From the NCBI GenBank assembly GCA_037310415.1, contig CP147780.1, positions 64,001 to 128,000 on the forward strand: a stretch of DNA of 64,000 nucleotides, read 5' to 3'. Shown here piece by piece: positions 19,911 to 29,683 of the stretch. The position numbers and the translations under genes are program-made. The DNA is from Candidatus Atabeyarchaeum deiterrae (GTDB lineage Archaea; Asgardarchaeota; Atabeyarchaeia; Atabeyarchaeales; Atabeyarchaeaceae). Under the pieces are notes generated by a model. That model saw only the letters and a list, made by a program, of their open reading frames with translations, was not told where the DNA came from and did not search any database. Numbering within the stretch: position 1 is the stretch's first letter; every line of letters begins with the position of its first letter.

Positions 19911-20040
19911 ACATGACTTGTCTCGTTTGACTGTTGTCCGAGATGTATCCAAAAGGTTATCTAATTCCTTTTCCGTATTAGATAGTGGGTAAAGAGAGAA
20001 ATATATAGAGAAACCCACTTTTCAATGGTAGGGAATACAA

Positions 20041-20193
20041 GTGGGAGGAATATTCTGTCCTTGGTGTTCAAGCGACGACTACTTTAAGCGGCATAGAACA
20101 GCCAAATGTCCCACATGTGGGACAAGCTCAAAGGTATTCGAGTGTGAAGAGTGCGGCCGCACATTCCTTGAGTGCGGACACAGGTATACTTGA
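20041..20193 (+). CDS. 50-aa multi-CxxC zinc-finger microprotein, missed by the ORF track
   Basis: GTG start; MGGIFCPWCSSDDYFKRHRTAKCPTCGTSSKVFECEECGRTFLECGHRYT*. AAATATATA upstream and a T-rich terminator downstream. Confidence 0.8.
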   Translation: MGGIFCPWCSSDDYFKRHRTAKCPTCGTSSKVFECEECGRTFLECGHRYT

Positions 20194-20258
20194 AAACTTC
20201 CTTCCTTTTTCTTTTTTAGTTGTGTTTTCCCGTCAAAGGGAGAAGCGTAGGTCTTAAA

Positions 20259-20786
20259 CTATTCCTGCCGTTTTTCGAGTCCTTGCGCCTTGTACTTCTT
20301 ACATAGGTCCATATAGGCTTTGTTTCCTGCCTTGATCATTGTCACATCGCTGTCGGTAAGTTGCCTTAGCGGTTTTGCAGGTAGACCCGCCATCAAGGTT
20401 CTCGGAGGGACTTTCGTGTCAGCGAGAACTACTGCTCCAAGAGCAACCATTGATTCTTTACCTATTACCGCTCTATCAAAGACAATTGCGTTGATGCTTA
20501 TGAGGGATCCACTTTCTATTCGAGCTCCGTGTATACAACACCCATGAGCTAGTACGCAGTTATCGCCGATCGTCGTTGGTCCGTCACCGTGGATTACGGA
20601 GTTATCTTGTATTGTATTGAATTTACCTATCCTTATTTTGGCCAAATCGCCTCTTATTACCGCGCCATACCAAATGCTGGTTCCCTCTCCTACTTCCACA
20701 TCACCTATTATAGTTGCATTTGGAGCCACAAAAGCAGTAGGATCTATTTTTGGTTTTTTCCCATCCAATTCGACTAAAATGGGCAT
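20259..20786 (-). CDS. Gamma carbonic anhydrase family protein (left-handed beta-helix)
   Basis: IWYGAVIRGD, TIQDNSVIH and LAHGCCIHG (three His ligands). Confidence 0.93.
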   Translation of the reverse strand: MPILVELDGKKPKIDPTAFVAPNATIIGDVEVGEGTSIWYGAVIRGDLAKIRIGKFNTIQDNSVIHGDGPTTIGDNCVLAHGCCIHGARIESGSLISINAIVFDRAVIGKESMVALGAVVLADTKVPPRTLMAGLPAKPLRQLTDSDVTMIKAGNKAYMDLCKKYKAQGLEKRQE

Positions 20787-20956
20787 TCATGCGTCACCTT
20801 CCTATTTCGCGTATTCCGGAATCTGTCGATCAAACGACACTAGGTTCGTTTTTTGTTTCACTCATCTGTAGCAGCAGTATGACAACATTTTTAGTTAAAG
20901 AGAACAGATGATCTACTTATACTTTGGGAAGCTGGTGCTCACATGGTGGAGTATCA

Positions 20957-21679
20957 ATGACTGATAATCTTGATGAGGATAAGAGGGAAGCAGAGAAGAT
21001 CGATCAAGCATGGAAGAAAAAGAAGATTGAGTTCATTCAACAGGAATCCGACGGATCACTTGACAATCGCCAAATTCTGAAGGAATGGATCAGACGTAGC
21101 ATAGATGGGCATGGGAATATCCCGCCCAAAATAAGGGATAGAGTTGACAATGTCGGGAAAGATTTTGGAATTACGGTCGACGACGTTGTCGAAGAGGTCA
21201 TGGAGGAGCAGGTGCTTGAAAAAGGTGGAAAGGTGAACGATGAGAAACTTGCATTTCTGCTATTGCAGAAGGCACAAAGACTGCGCGACCAGAATGGTGG
21301 AATCATGACCTTAGCTGAAGCGCTACTAATGGCAGAAAGAGGGGGCTGCCTATCAGGTAAATTAAGAAACGAAGACATAGAGAAGGCAGTAGAGATACTG
21401 TCAAAGCAGAAGTTAATACCAGGGATGAGGAAGCTGAGTTCTGGCCTGAAAATCATCTACTTCTTTCCTATCGAGTTCAGTCCGGATCAGAACACGTTAT
21501 TGTCAATTGCCAGCGAACAGGGTTGGACAACATTAGAGGAGGTAATGATGAGAACTAGTTGGTCTCGGGAGAGAGCGGAGTTAACCCTAGGCGAACTCGA
21601 GAGAGCGGGAATATCACGGCTCGATTCCAGCTACTCTGCCGGCAAGAAGTGGTACTTCCCAGGGTTCATTACACAATAG
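20957..21679 (+). CDS. ESCRT-II Vps22/Vps36-like (EAP30) tandem winged-helix protein
   Basis: QNGGIMTLAE...EDIEKAVEIL...PIEFSPDQNTLLSIASEQGWTT...WSRERAELTLGELERAG...WYFP parallels Vps22/SNF8. Confidence 0.85.
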   Translation: MTDNLDEDKREAEKIDQAWKKKKIEFIQQESDGSLDNRQILKEWIRRSIDGHGNIPPKIRDRVDNVGKDFGITVDDVVEEVMEEQVLEKGGKVNDEKLAFLLLQKAQRLRDQNGGIMTLAEALLMAERGGCLSGKLRNEDIEKAVEILSKQKLIPGMRKLSSGLKIIYFFPIEFSPDQNTLLSIASEQGWTTLEEVMMRTSWSRERAELTLGELERAGISRLDSSYSAGKKWYFPGFITQ

Positions 21680-21847
21680 AATAATGACTGCCCCATCGAT
21701 AGCGAGTCTTTCATCAGGTAATGGAGAATCACAGCAAAGAAGTACATGGCGACCGAAAACAAGTTTTATATTGATCTGTCAGATAAGTAAGTATCTCTAG
21801 AAAGGACACATGGGAGAACCCGCTCCTAGTTCAGGGGGGGACTTACT

Positions 21848-22324
21848 TTGATCGGCCTCGACGCAATTGATGAGAGTGAAAAGGACAAACTGTTCAAAGA
21901 TGTTTATGTGATAGTTGATGGAGCAGTTGTTCTTCACAAGAGTTACAGCAAATCATCAAAGGAGCCCGCTTTGATATCAGGGTTTATTGGCGCGATAGCA
22001 TCATTCGCTAGGGAGATAACTACCACTGGTATCTTGAAAAAAGTTCTCATTCCCCCTGTCAAATTTGTCGCGTCTCAGGTTATGGAACACCCTCAGGTGA
22101 TAATAGCACTTCTCGTTTCAGACAAGCTTGCCGACGACATTTCGGAGCAACTTCTTCAGTCTATTGCTGATGCTGTCTTGGAAAAACACTTGAATGACAT
22201 TATCGACTCTAAAGGACAGGATCTTACCGAGCAAGTCTCAAAAGAAGTCCACGAGGCAATGATGAGAACCATAAGAAGCCGCATAGACAAGAAGAAAGCG
22301 GAGGAAGAGCTTAATAGGTTATGA
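21848..22324 (+). CDS. Stand-alone longin-like domain protein
   Basis: DVYVIVDGAVVLHKSY...EPALISGFIGAIASFAREI. Confidence 0.7.
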   Translation: MIGLDAIDESEKDKLFKDVYVIVDGAVVLHKSYSKSSKEPALISGFIGAIASFAREITTTGILKKVLIPPVKFVASQVMEHPQVIIALLVSDKLADDISEQLLQSIADAVLEKHLNDIIDSKGQDLTEQVSKEVHEAMMRTIRSRIDKKKAEEELNRL

Positions 22325-22480
22325 TTCGCAGCTTGATGCCATTCTTCCTCGCGCGCCCATGGTAGGCTTTTGTTCTGTGGAGAAAGCCTGAAGTTGGTAT
22401 CTAAGAATTAGAGAATTAGTGTTTCCAGTCTGACCATTCGTTGGAAGGAAGTTCCCGTATCTTTTCGTAACAACCCAAGG

Positions 22481-22528
22481 CTTATATATTGAGGTCTGAT
22501 CAGTTATTGATAGTTACATTAAGGTAAC
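22481..22528 (+). promoter_or_regulatory. TATA box plus GTTAC-N6-GTAAC operator upstream of the ArsR-Hsp20 pair
   Basis: CTTATATATT at 22481-22490; inverted repeat at 22513-22528. Confidence 0.55.
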
Positions 22529-22532
22529 AACG

Positions 22533-22961
22533 ATGCAGGTGGTATCAATGTCATTCAAGTTACTGCTGGTCAAAGATGGCAAGGTACTTGCAGAGGTTCC
22601 TCTATTCAATGAACATGAATCACACATAGAATTTCTGGAAAAGGAGTTAGAGGAGTTCGAGGATGATGAGTTCAAGGATCTGTCGAAACTATTTGACACC
22701 TTATCCAACCAAGACAGACTAAGGATGCTCTCCAAGATGCTGACTAGTGACAAGCCAGTGAGGTTTGTTGACTTCATGAACGATCTTGAGTTGAATCAGA
22801 AACTCGTTTCGGATTACTGCAAACGTTTGATGAACAGTGGACTCGTAACGAGCAATGAAAGAGGGAAGTATGAAGCTTCCCCGCTTGGTATGAATAGTTT
22901 CCTTGTCATGACAGTGGCCTTGAGGACCATTCTCCAAGCTCTTGAAGATGAGATGAAGTGA
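22533..22961 (+). CDS. ArsR-type wHTH regulator, probable heat-shock regulator
   Basis: FDTLSNQDRLRML...LVSDYCKRLMNSGLV...GKYEASPLG; directly upstream of Hsp20. Confidence 0.8.
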   Translation: MQVVSMSFKLLLVKDGKVLAEVPLFNEHESHIEFLEKELEEFEDDEFKDLSKLFDTLSNQDRLRMLSKMLTSDKPVRFVDFMNDLELNQKLVSDYCKRLMNSGLVTSNERGKYEASPLGMNSFLVMTVALRTILQALEDEMK

Positions 22962-23047
22962 CTCATTGAATTGCCCAGCAAAGTTAATTAGCTGAACGCT
23001 GGGAATCTGAAACTGCAGCATTGAACATGAAAGCTGATGAGTGAGAA

Positions 23048-23659
23048 ATGGCATTCAACAATTGGTTTGAAGATGATGATGACGAGGATTTCTACGAACA
23101 GCTGAGGGAAATGCAGGGAAGAGTATCTCGGATCATGAGAAACCAGCTGAAGGAAATAATCGAGGCCCTCAAAGAAGAAGATATGGGTGCAGAAATGCAC
23201 ATTAGACCCATTGATGGACCAGGTGTTAAAGGCTACATTATGTGGGGCCAGCTTAGCAACAGTCCAGACGTGCCTGAAACAAGGAAGAAGGCGAGGTCCC
23301 TCATCAGTGAAAGATCAAGAACCGAGAAGGTAGAAGAGCCAGAATTCTCCTTGGGAAGAAGACAAGAAGAAGATGAAGAGGAACAAGAGGATCTGGAATT
23401 AGCTATTGAACCAGCAAAACCATTGATCGAGAAATTCAAGTCTAAGGACGAATATGTGATCTTAGTGGTGATACCGGGCGTCGATGAATCTGATCTCAAG
23501 GTGAATATCAAAGGTGGCATGTTGTGGATAAGCGGTGGAGAAAAATTCACACCGAGCAGAATACGTCTTCCGATTGATGCACGACCTGCACGTTTGAAGA
23601 AAAGCTACAAGAATGGGGTTCTGGAGATAAAGATACCCCGAGTCACAGATCGAAGATGA
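23048..23659 (+). CDS. hsp20: Small heat shock protein (Hsp20/alpha-crystallin)
   Basis: VIPGVDESDLKV...IRLP...SYKNGVLEIKIPR. Confidence 0.88.
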   Translation: MAFNNWFEDDDDEDFYEQLREMQGRVSRIMRNQLKEIIEALKEEDMGAEMHIRPIDGPGVKGYIMWGQLSNSPDVPETRKKARSLISERSRTEKVEEPEFSLGRRQEEDEEEQEDLELAIEPAKPLIEKFKSKDEYVILVVIPGVDESDLKVNIKGGMLWISGGEKFTPSRIRLPIDARPARLKKSYKNGVLEIKIPRVTDRR

Positions 23660-23708
23660 GAGGAAGTGAGCGATCGGGCTCTCTATTCCTGTCAGAGTTG
23701 CCCTGAGG

Positions 23709-24662
23709 TTATCGCCTGATGCTCCTGTTGACCAGTGTGAGTTCGTGGGCGCATTTCTCAAGATCAGCGCAGTAAGCTGATGCACAGCAGGATCGCCTGA
23801 ACACTCTTGTCTTCTTGCCAAATTGCTGCTCTATCTTTCTTTGGATGTCTGATACGTAAATTGCCCTTTGTTTCTCATCAACAGTGGGTGCGCGCTTGAG
23901 AATTTCGGACAAGTCAAGGTTTTTCTTTCTCATCGACTCGACTATTCTTCGTGTGACTCTGAAGTTCCCAAGAACAACTCCTTCTGCACCATGTTCAATG
24001 CATTCGTCAATCAATCTCTCGTTTTCCTTCATTGTTATGATCCCCGGAAGTATCGGTCGCAGGAATAGGAAAGGCTTCAATCCGGCTTCAGTTAGATTAC
24101 TGATCGTTTCTAATCGTTCTCTGGTTGTTGGAGCGATTGGTTCTAGCACTCGTGCTTTTGATTCTTCCAGCGTTAGTATCGTTATTAGGGGGCTGAGCCA
24201 CTTGCATGAAGAGCTTAAGGATTCTGCTTCAGCTCCACTGAGGAATGACTTCGATGAAAACTGGATCGGGTTGCCTAGCTTAGCCAGCTCCTTTATGTAG
24301 TTCATTGTCAAGAGCTTTAGTTCTGGTTGGAATGGCTCCACGACGCTCCCTATCGCGATGTAGGTTCCATGCCTACCTGGAACAAAACCTGGGTTGAGCA
24401 GAAGTGATAGCACAAGCTGCTCGGGAGTTAATTCGCAGGGTTTCGGCTTCCTGAACCTGAAACCCATATCAGGAATATAGCAGTAAGTGCATGAGTACGC
24501 ACAATCATTGCCAGGATGGACTGTAAGACCGCACTGTATCGGTCTTCTCCGAGAGTGGTCATTCACTCTAGCTTTCCTGATGCCTTCATCTCCGACAGTC
24601 TCCTCGTATTGTCTGATCAGCGCCAACCTTTCCTTGTCGTCGCGTGAGAACAAAGATTGCAC
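23709..24662 (-). CDS. Radical SAM protein (SPL-like family)
   Basis: CAYSCTYCY motif, GSVVEPF, LEPIAP...RL and LRPILPGI. Confidence 0.88.
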   Translation of the reverse strand: MQSLFSRDDKERLALIRQYEETVGDEGIRKARVNDHSRRRPIQCGLTVHPGNDCAYSCTYCYIPDMGFRFRKPKPCELTPEQLVLSLLLNPGFVPGRHGTYIAIGSVVEPFQPELKLLTMNYIKELAKLGNPIQFSSKSFLSGAEAESLSSSCKWLSPLITILTLEESKARVLEPIAPTTRERLETISNLTEAGLKPFLFLRPILPGIITMKENERLIDECIEHGAEGVVLGNFRVTRRIVESMRKKNLDLSEILKRAPTVDEKQRAIYVSDIQRKIEQQFGKKTRVFRRSCCASAYCADLEKCAHELTLVNRSIRR

Positions 24663-24878
24663 CCCAACCCTGGTTTGGTTATGCCTCCAACCTGCCTCGC
24701 TTGTACCACAGTTAGTTTTAAGACATAGTTCCAGACGGTCTAGTTAGAGGAAGAGAACGCATACAGTTAAATCCCTTTGTCACTAGCACCAGACTGGAAA
24801 GAATTGAAAGACAGGACGGGCATTCCCAGAATTACGATGACATTATAGCAGAACGCTGAAGCTTGGCGGTGATTCACA

Positions 24879-25394
24879 TTGGCAGAGCAGAAGCTTTTCG
24901 AACACATAGGGAACGTGGATAACTTCAAGAAATACGTGAAGCTTCTTCTGGATCATTACCAGATTGTCGACGGATATTGGTTCACGTACGTCGAAAAAGA
25001 GTTGGGCCTTGAAACTGCCGTCAGGATAAATGAAGAGATCTGGGGCAAGATTGCCACAAAGACCGCTAAAGACATAAAGGCGTCGTTTGGGATTGAGGGA
25101 AAAGGCATAGACTACGTGTTAAACGCCTTGAGATTCTTCCCTTGGTACACTATTACGGATTACCACGTTTCAAGAGAAGGAGATGCTTTCAAGATAGAGA
25201 TTCCGAAATGTCTGCCACAGGAGATACGCAAGAAGAAAGGTATGGGAGAGTACCCCTGCAAGAAGATGCATTCCATAATACTGCAGAATTTCGTTAAGGA
25301 GATCGATAATTCAGTCGAGGTTAAGTGTATCTTCGCACCACCGGACGAGCACCCCAAAGACTTGTGGTGCAAATGGCTTCTCAAGGCCAAATAG
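24879..25394 (+). CDS. DUF6125-like protein
   Basis: VDGYWF...LETAVRINEEIW...C.PQ..RKKKGMGEYPCK...CIFAPPDEHPKDLWCKW. Confidence 0.8.
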   Translation: MAEQKLFEHIGNVDNFKKYVKLLLDHYQIVDGYWFTYVEKELGLETAVRINEEIWGKIATKTAKDIKASFGIEGKGIDYVLNALRFFPWYTITDYHVSREGDAFKIEIPKCLPQEIRKKKGMGEYPCKKMHSIILQNFVKEIDNSVEVKCIFAPPDEHPKDLWCKWLLKAK

Positions 25395-25492
25395 GATAAC
25401 CCCAATTCAAAAAAGGAAAAATGGAAATCGCCTTGAGGCTTCCCCTATTCTCATTCTTCTTGGTGGAATCCTTCGTATTTCGCTGGTCTTTT

Positions 25493-26512
25493 TTAGTACT
25501 CCCTGTCTATCACGAAGTCCACCAGTTGGGAAATCGAGCCTGCTGCACTGCTTGATCTGAAAGACGGGGCAATGTGATTCTTCAAAATGTCTTTGCTCTC
25601 TGAAGCAAATTCTCTCGCCTTCTTCTTGCCCTGATCTATGCTTCCATACTTCTTCATCAAATCGAGTATGTATTCCAATTCATCCTTGCTTTTGCCTGAT
25701 CTGTCTTTGCTCAGTATCTTCGTCGCCCTGTCCTTCTCTGTATGGTTACAACTATTCAGCATGTTTATCAGCATCAGTGTCCTCTTTCCTTCCGCTATAT
25801 CTCCAGCAATTTCCTTGCCGTACTTCGCCTCTTGTCCAACAAGATTCAAGAGATCATCTTGGATCTGAAAACCAATTCCGAGTTTCATTCCGAAATCGAC
25901 TAAGTGATTCATTACCTTCTCCTCTGCTCCAGCTATTATGGCACCAGTTCTAAATGGCGTTATTATCGTATACCAGGAGGTCTTCTTTCCTGCCATTTGA
26001 TAGTAGTCTTCATCCGTCAAGTCAAATCTTCTGTTTGCAATCCAGCTGAGCTCCATCGCCTGTCCTTCCACAGTTTCCATGCATAGCTTCTTGAACTCGT
26101 CAAGGATGCGAAATGTCAGTCCATCTCCCAGCAATTTTCTGTTGTCGAATAGTATTTCCCACATTTTTGCGTGTAAGCCGTCTCCAGCGTTAATCGCAAG
26201 TGGAATTCCGTAGATCTTGTGTAAACACGGCTTGCCTCTCCTCATTTCGGATTCGTCCTCTATGTCATCATGTATTAATGCCCAGTTCTGAAAGGCCTCC
26301 AGAGCAGCGGCTGTGCGAAGCGCTTGCTTGGAATCGCCTCCAAAAGCTTCGCAGCTGAGCATGCAGAAAGCTGGTCTTAGCCGTTTCCCGCCTCTCATGG
26401 GATACTCTCTCATCAAGTCGTACAGTTCGTTCGGCTTCTTCGAGGGAAGGTAGGGGGCTAGCTCGCCTTCTACAGCCTTTCCTTTTTCTTCAAGAACTTT
26501 CATTATGCTCAA
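25493..26512 (-). CDS. idsA: Short-chain polyprenyl (GGPP) diphosphate synthase
   Basis: GGKRLRP, FARM HDDIED...RRG with Trp at position -5, GQAMEL, KT and SARM FQIQDD. Confidence 0.92.
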   Translation of the reverse strand: MSIMKVLEEKGKAVEGELAPYLPSKKPNELYDLMREYPMRGGKRLRPAFCMLSCEAFGGDSKQALRTAAALEAFQNWALIHDDIEDESEMRRGKPCLHKIYGIPLAINAGDGLHAKMWEILFDNRKLLGDGLTFRILDEFKKLCMETVEGQAMELSWIANRRFDLTDEDYYQMAGKKTSWYTIITPFRTGAIIAGAEEKVMNHLVDFGMKLGIGFQIQDDLLNLVGQEAKYGKEIAGDIAEGKRTLMLINMLNSCNHTEKDRATKILSKDRSGKSKDELEYILDLMKKYGSIDQGKKKAREFASESKDILKNHIAPSFRSSSAAGSISQLVDFVIDREY

Positions 26513-26581
26513 GGAAACACCTTCTTCAAACCTTCAATCGGATAACACGATTCAGCTGAAGAGGAATAATCCTCCGCTGGT

Positions 26582-26815
26582 TTATGAAGCGCTGACCCGA
26601 GTACACCTGATCTTCTCTCCATTCAAAAATGCCTTAAGGTTACCATGTTCCATCATAGAGACAATGCCGACCTCAAGACCTTCTTTAATCTCATTCCTGC
26701 ACAAATCAAGGCTCCGTAGCTTTTGTTTCATACCGCCGCTCGCATCAACCGTCTGTGATTTGCCCATTCGGGCTAAGATCTGGTCGGTTTCATTGAGGTT
26801 GATCTCTACCTTTAT
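26582..26815 (-). pseudogene. ipk: 3' remnant of isopentenyl phosphate kinase
   Basis: IKVEINLNETDQILARMGKSQTVDASGGMKQKL...GNLKAFLNGEKIRCTRV* resembles the IPK C-terminus (DVTGGMxxK). It lies directly upstream of idsA, and the frame is closed upstream. Confidence 0.65.
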
Positions 26816-27134
26816 TCATCCTTATTATGTTTTCCAAAATCAGTTCTCTTGGGACAAGACCCTGATGCTATCATAAGTCAGGTTTGAAATGCTGATCTTT
26901 GTGAGTGACCACCTCTTTCCCCTATTCTAGGCAAGTGTGAATTGAAAAGAAAGGTCGACACCAAAGATGCGATCTCGGCAATGGAACGTCTTCGATTGAG
27001 CAGACCCAATATCTTGAAGATACCCATCAATAATAGGAAGCTATAGCAACTTACTAGGTACAGCTAATGATTCCGAATCCGAGGATTAGTGTACCTATAG
27101 TGAGAGGCATCGGAGCCAAAGGTTTGTCTGGGTT

Positions 27135-27605
27135 ATGCCCGAGAGAAAACTTGACGGTTATCCCTGCCCAGTCTGCAGGGCGATGATCACTGGGATAGTG
27201 ATCAAGGAGGAAAATATCCTCGAGTCCAAGCGTAGTCCCGCACTAGTGCCGGCCAAATGCCCTAGCATGCACGATATTGCACTATATGTCGACAAACAGT
27301 TCAAGATAAGGGATGCAGAGCCTCTGGTTGACTTGAAACAAGATCTAGGGAGGTGCCCTTATTGTGATTTTCATGGTTCTTCAGATGAGACAATAGCGCA
27401 CATAAGCGGTCATATACTCTCAGTGAACGCAAGAATTGATAGTGTGAATGTTGATTACGGAAACAAAGTAGCTTTCGTTCATGTTGTAGTCGGGCAGGGG
27501 GGTAACGCTAAAGGTTTTGACGTGGCGGTTCCTCTCCCACGAGACATGAAGATACTCGGCAAGGTTGTGCTTGAAAGTGTCTCCTTTGGTCTTTATCCAG
27601 AATGA
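27135..27605 (+). CDS. Zinc-finger protein (CxxC...C-x3-H domain plus C2H2 finger)
   Basis: CPVC...CPSMHDIALYVDKQFKIRD and CPYCDF...AHISGH. Confidence 0.7.
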   Translation: MPERKLDGYPCPVCRAMITGIVIKEENILESKRSPALVPAKCPSMHDIALYVDKQFKIRDAEPLVDLKQDLGRCPYCDFHGSSDETIAHISGHILSVNARIDSVNVDYGNKVAFVHVVVGQGGNAKGFDVAVPLPRDMKILGKVVLESVSFGLYPE

Positions 27606-27813
27606 CCGTATCTACGTCTTGTCCTATCACCATTGAATCGCCCGCTTTAGGACAAAAGTCGACGCTGCAATAGTGCCAATTTGAGGAGATTTCCAGGATT
27701 AGATGAACAACCAGATAAATGTGGGAAACACGATAATTGTCTAGTTATTTTTCCCTGATCTACGGGCAACACGCAAGACCAAATGTCAATATAATGTGAA
27801 GTGATCCTTTAGA

Positions 27814-28896
27814 ATGAGAATTGGCATGATGACTTTATGGAATGCTGCCAATGGTGCATCTATACATGCTGAACTAGTAGGAAGAGCGTGGGTGAAGCAG
27901 GGGCATGAGCTCAAAGTCTTTTCAGCTAAGAAACACCCTGATGGAAGGCCCACATCACAGCCTGATGAGAACTACGTAATTAGGCATTTCACTGTTGATG
28001 AGGTCACCCCCTTTACTAAAGTCAGTTTTTTTGACCCAGCTCCGCTCTTGGAAGAGGACTACGAAGTCTTCGTCGCCCAGAATGTTGAACGCTTGCCTGT
28101 TGGGAGGCTCTTGGAGCTTTTCCCCAAGGTAAGGAAAAAGGCAAGCACGATCAACATTGTTCATGAACCGTACCCACCTAAGGACTCACTCTACTACAAG
28201 TTTAAGTGGGATGCAATAGTCTGCTTCGATCACCGCTACAAAGAATACCTCACCAAGTACTTCCCTGAAGACATCATTCACATAATCCCGTACCCATATC
28301 ACCCAATGGTTTTGGGTAACAAGATCGAAGCTAGGAAGAAATTGAACCTCCCATTAGAGAAGAAGATCTTGTTCTCCTTCGGGATCAGAGCACGATGCAT
28401 ATCGCTTCTCCCGCCTGTTCTAAGAGAAGTCAATGAAAAGTTCCCACTTAGATACGTCGTCGTAGCAAACCCTGGCAGCAAAGTTGAGACTCTGCGCAGA
28501 TTGACCGGTGAATACGAATTCATGGATCTTCGCATTGAATCTATTCCGTTGAACGAAGCCTATACGTATCTCCACGCGGCAGACGCCCACCTCATTCACA
28601 GACAGCTATCAAACAAAAATAGCATAGTTGTCTCAAGCACCATATTCCAAACACTTGGATCAGGCTGCCCGATCCTTTTCAACGACTCAAAATATGTCGA
28701 ACTCCAAGGAGATGAAGTGACGAAATATTCGGACGAAGAGGATTTGAAAGCCAAGTTGGCGGAAATACTCCAAAATGGATTCAATATTAGCAAAGTAGAG
28801 CGCCTCCTGAGTCGACAGAGCTCTGATGTGATTGCTGAGAAATTCATCCAACTTTTCAAAAGAACACGCGCAGTTCATCATTTCTCTGGGGCTTGA
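27814..28896 (+). CDS. GT-B fold glycosyltransferase (GT4-like)
   Basis: MRIGMM...GASIHAEL...GHELKV, ARKKLNLP...ILFSFG, YLHAADA and TLGSGCPI. Confidence 0.8.
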   Translation: MRIGMMTLWNAANGASIHAELVGRAWVKQGHELKVFSAKKHPDGRPTSQPDENYVIRHFTVDEVTPFTKVSFFDPAPLLEEDYEVFVAQNVERLPVGRLLELFPKVRKKASTINIVHEPYPPKDSLYYKFKWDAIVCFDHRYKEYLTKYFPEDIIHIIPYPYHPMVLGNKIEARKKLNLPLEKKILFSFGIRARCISLLPPVLREVNEKFPLRYVVVANPGSKVETLRRLTGEYEFMDLRIESIPLNEAYTYLHAADAHLIHRQLSNKNSIVVSSTIFQTLGSGCPILFNDSKYVELQGDEVTKYSDEEDLKAKLAEILQNGFNISKVERLLSRQSSDVIAEKFIQLFKRTRAVHHFSGA

Positions 28897-29675
28897 GGCC
28901 TTCCTCCAACGCAATTGCACACCTGCGCAACACTGGGATTGTCGTAGTAGTCTCTGGCGACTCTGATCAGATTCTGGTCCTGTGTCAACATGGCAGTTTG
29001 GTCAATCCAGTCTGACAACGTTACAAGCGTTTTCATGTCGGAGATAAGCATCCCAACAGAGCAGCAAAGGAGGCGTATTTCACCAAGGTTTGAAGAGTCT
29101 TCTCTTTCAAAAAGTTCCTGAGTCATGGCGACGTTCAGCTTGACTCTCCGCCTTTGTCTGGCATCAGTCAATGACTCTTTGAGTCCTTTGAGAACTGTTG
29201 AGTGTGAAATGAAAACTGTTATTTCTTTCTGTGCTGTCTCTATCAGTGCCTTCATTCTGTTGATGATGTTATTTTGCCCCTTGATAATATATGCAAACTG
29301 CAGTTCCTCCGATTTCTTTGCGCTCTCGTATATTGGCGTCATCATGTCGATTAGAACATCTGCTTGTTTGACTTTCTCATTGAGACTTTCAGTCAGCTGT
29401 TGTTTCAGATTGGCGATAGCTTCTTTTGGCGCTACGGGTAGGTAGATGCTTGGATTACTCTTCTGAACTATGAGCATGCCTTTCTTAGAGAGTGCGTCAA
29501 GAGCGTAGTAGATTTTTGAATCGGGGATGCCCGTTTCATTGCACAGCGTGCCAGCAGTTATGCTGGGTTGCGTCAGAAGTGTAACGTAAGTCAATGTTTC
29601 ATGGGTTGACAATCCCAGTTCTTTAAGTTGTGAGACCATTCGATCTCGGATGACTGTCTCCATCTTGCTCACCAC
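28878..29675 (-). CDS. TrmB-family transcriptional regulator with C-terminal Cys pairs
   Basis: LKELGLSTHETLTYVTLL...GIPDSKIYYALDALSKKG...IKG...LIETAQKEI; LLCCS and VCNC. Confidence 0.9.
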   Translation of the reverse strand: MVSKMETVIRDRMVSQLKELGLSTHETLTYVTLLTQPSITAGTLCNETGIPDSKIYYALDALSKKGMLIVQKSNPSIYLPVAPKEAIANLKQQLTESLNEKVKQADVLIDMMTPIYESAKKSEELQFAYIIKGQNNIINRMKALIETAQKEITVFISHSTVLKGLKESLTDARQRRRVKLNVAMTQELFEREDSSNLGEIRLLCCSVGMLISDMKTLVTLSDWIDQTAMLTQDQNLIRVARDYYDNPSVAQVCNCVGGRPQAPEK

Positions 29676-29683
29676 TGTTCTCC

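Noticed and set aside
21810-21848. Phase-variable G7 tract joining the ATG at 21810 to the longin ORF
   Set aside because: The G-run is adequately explained as an SD for the TTG start, and there is no evidence of length variation.
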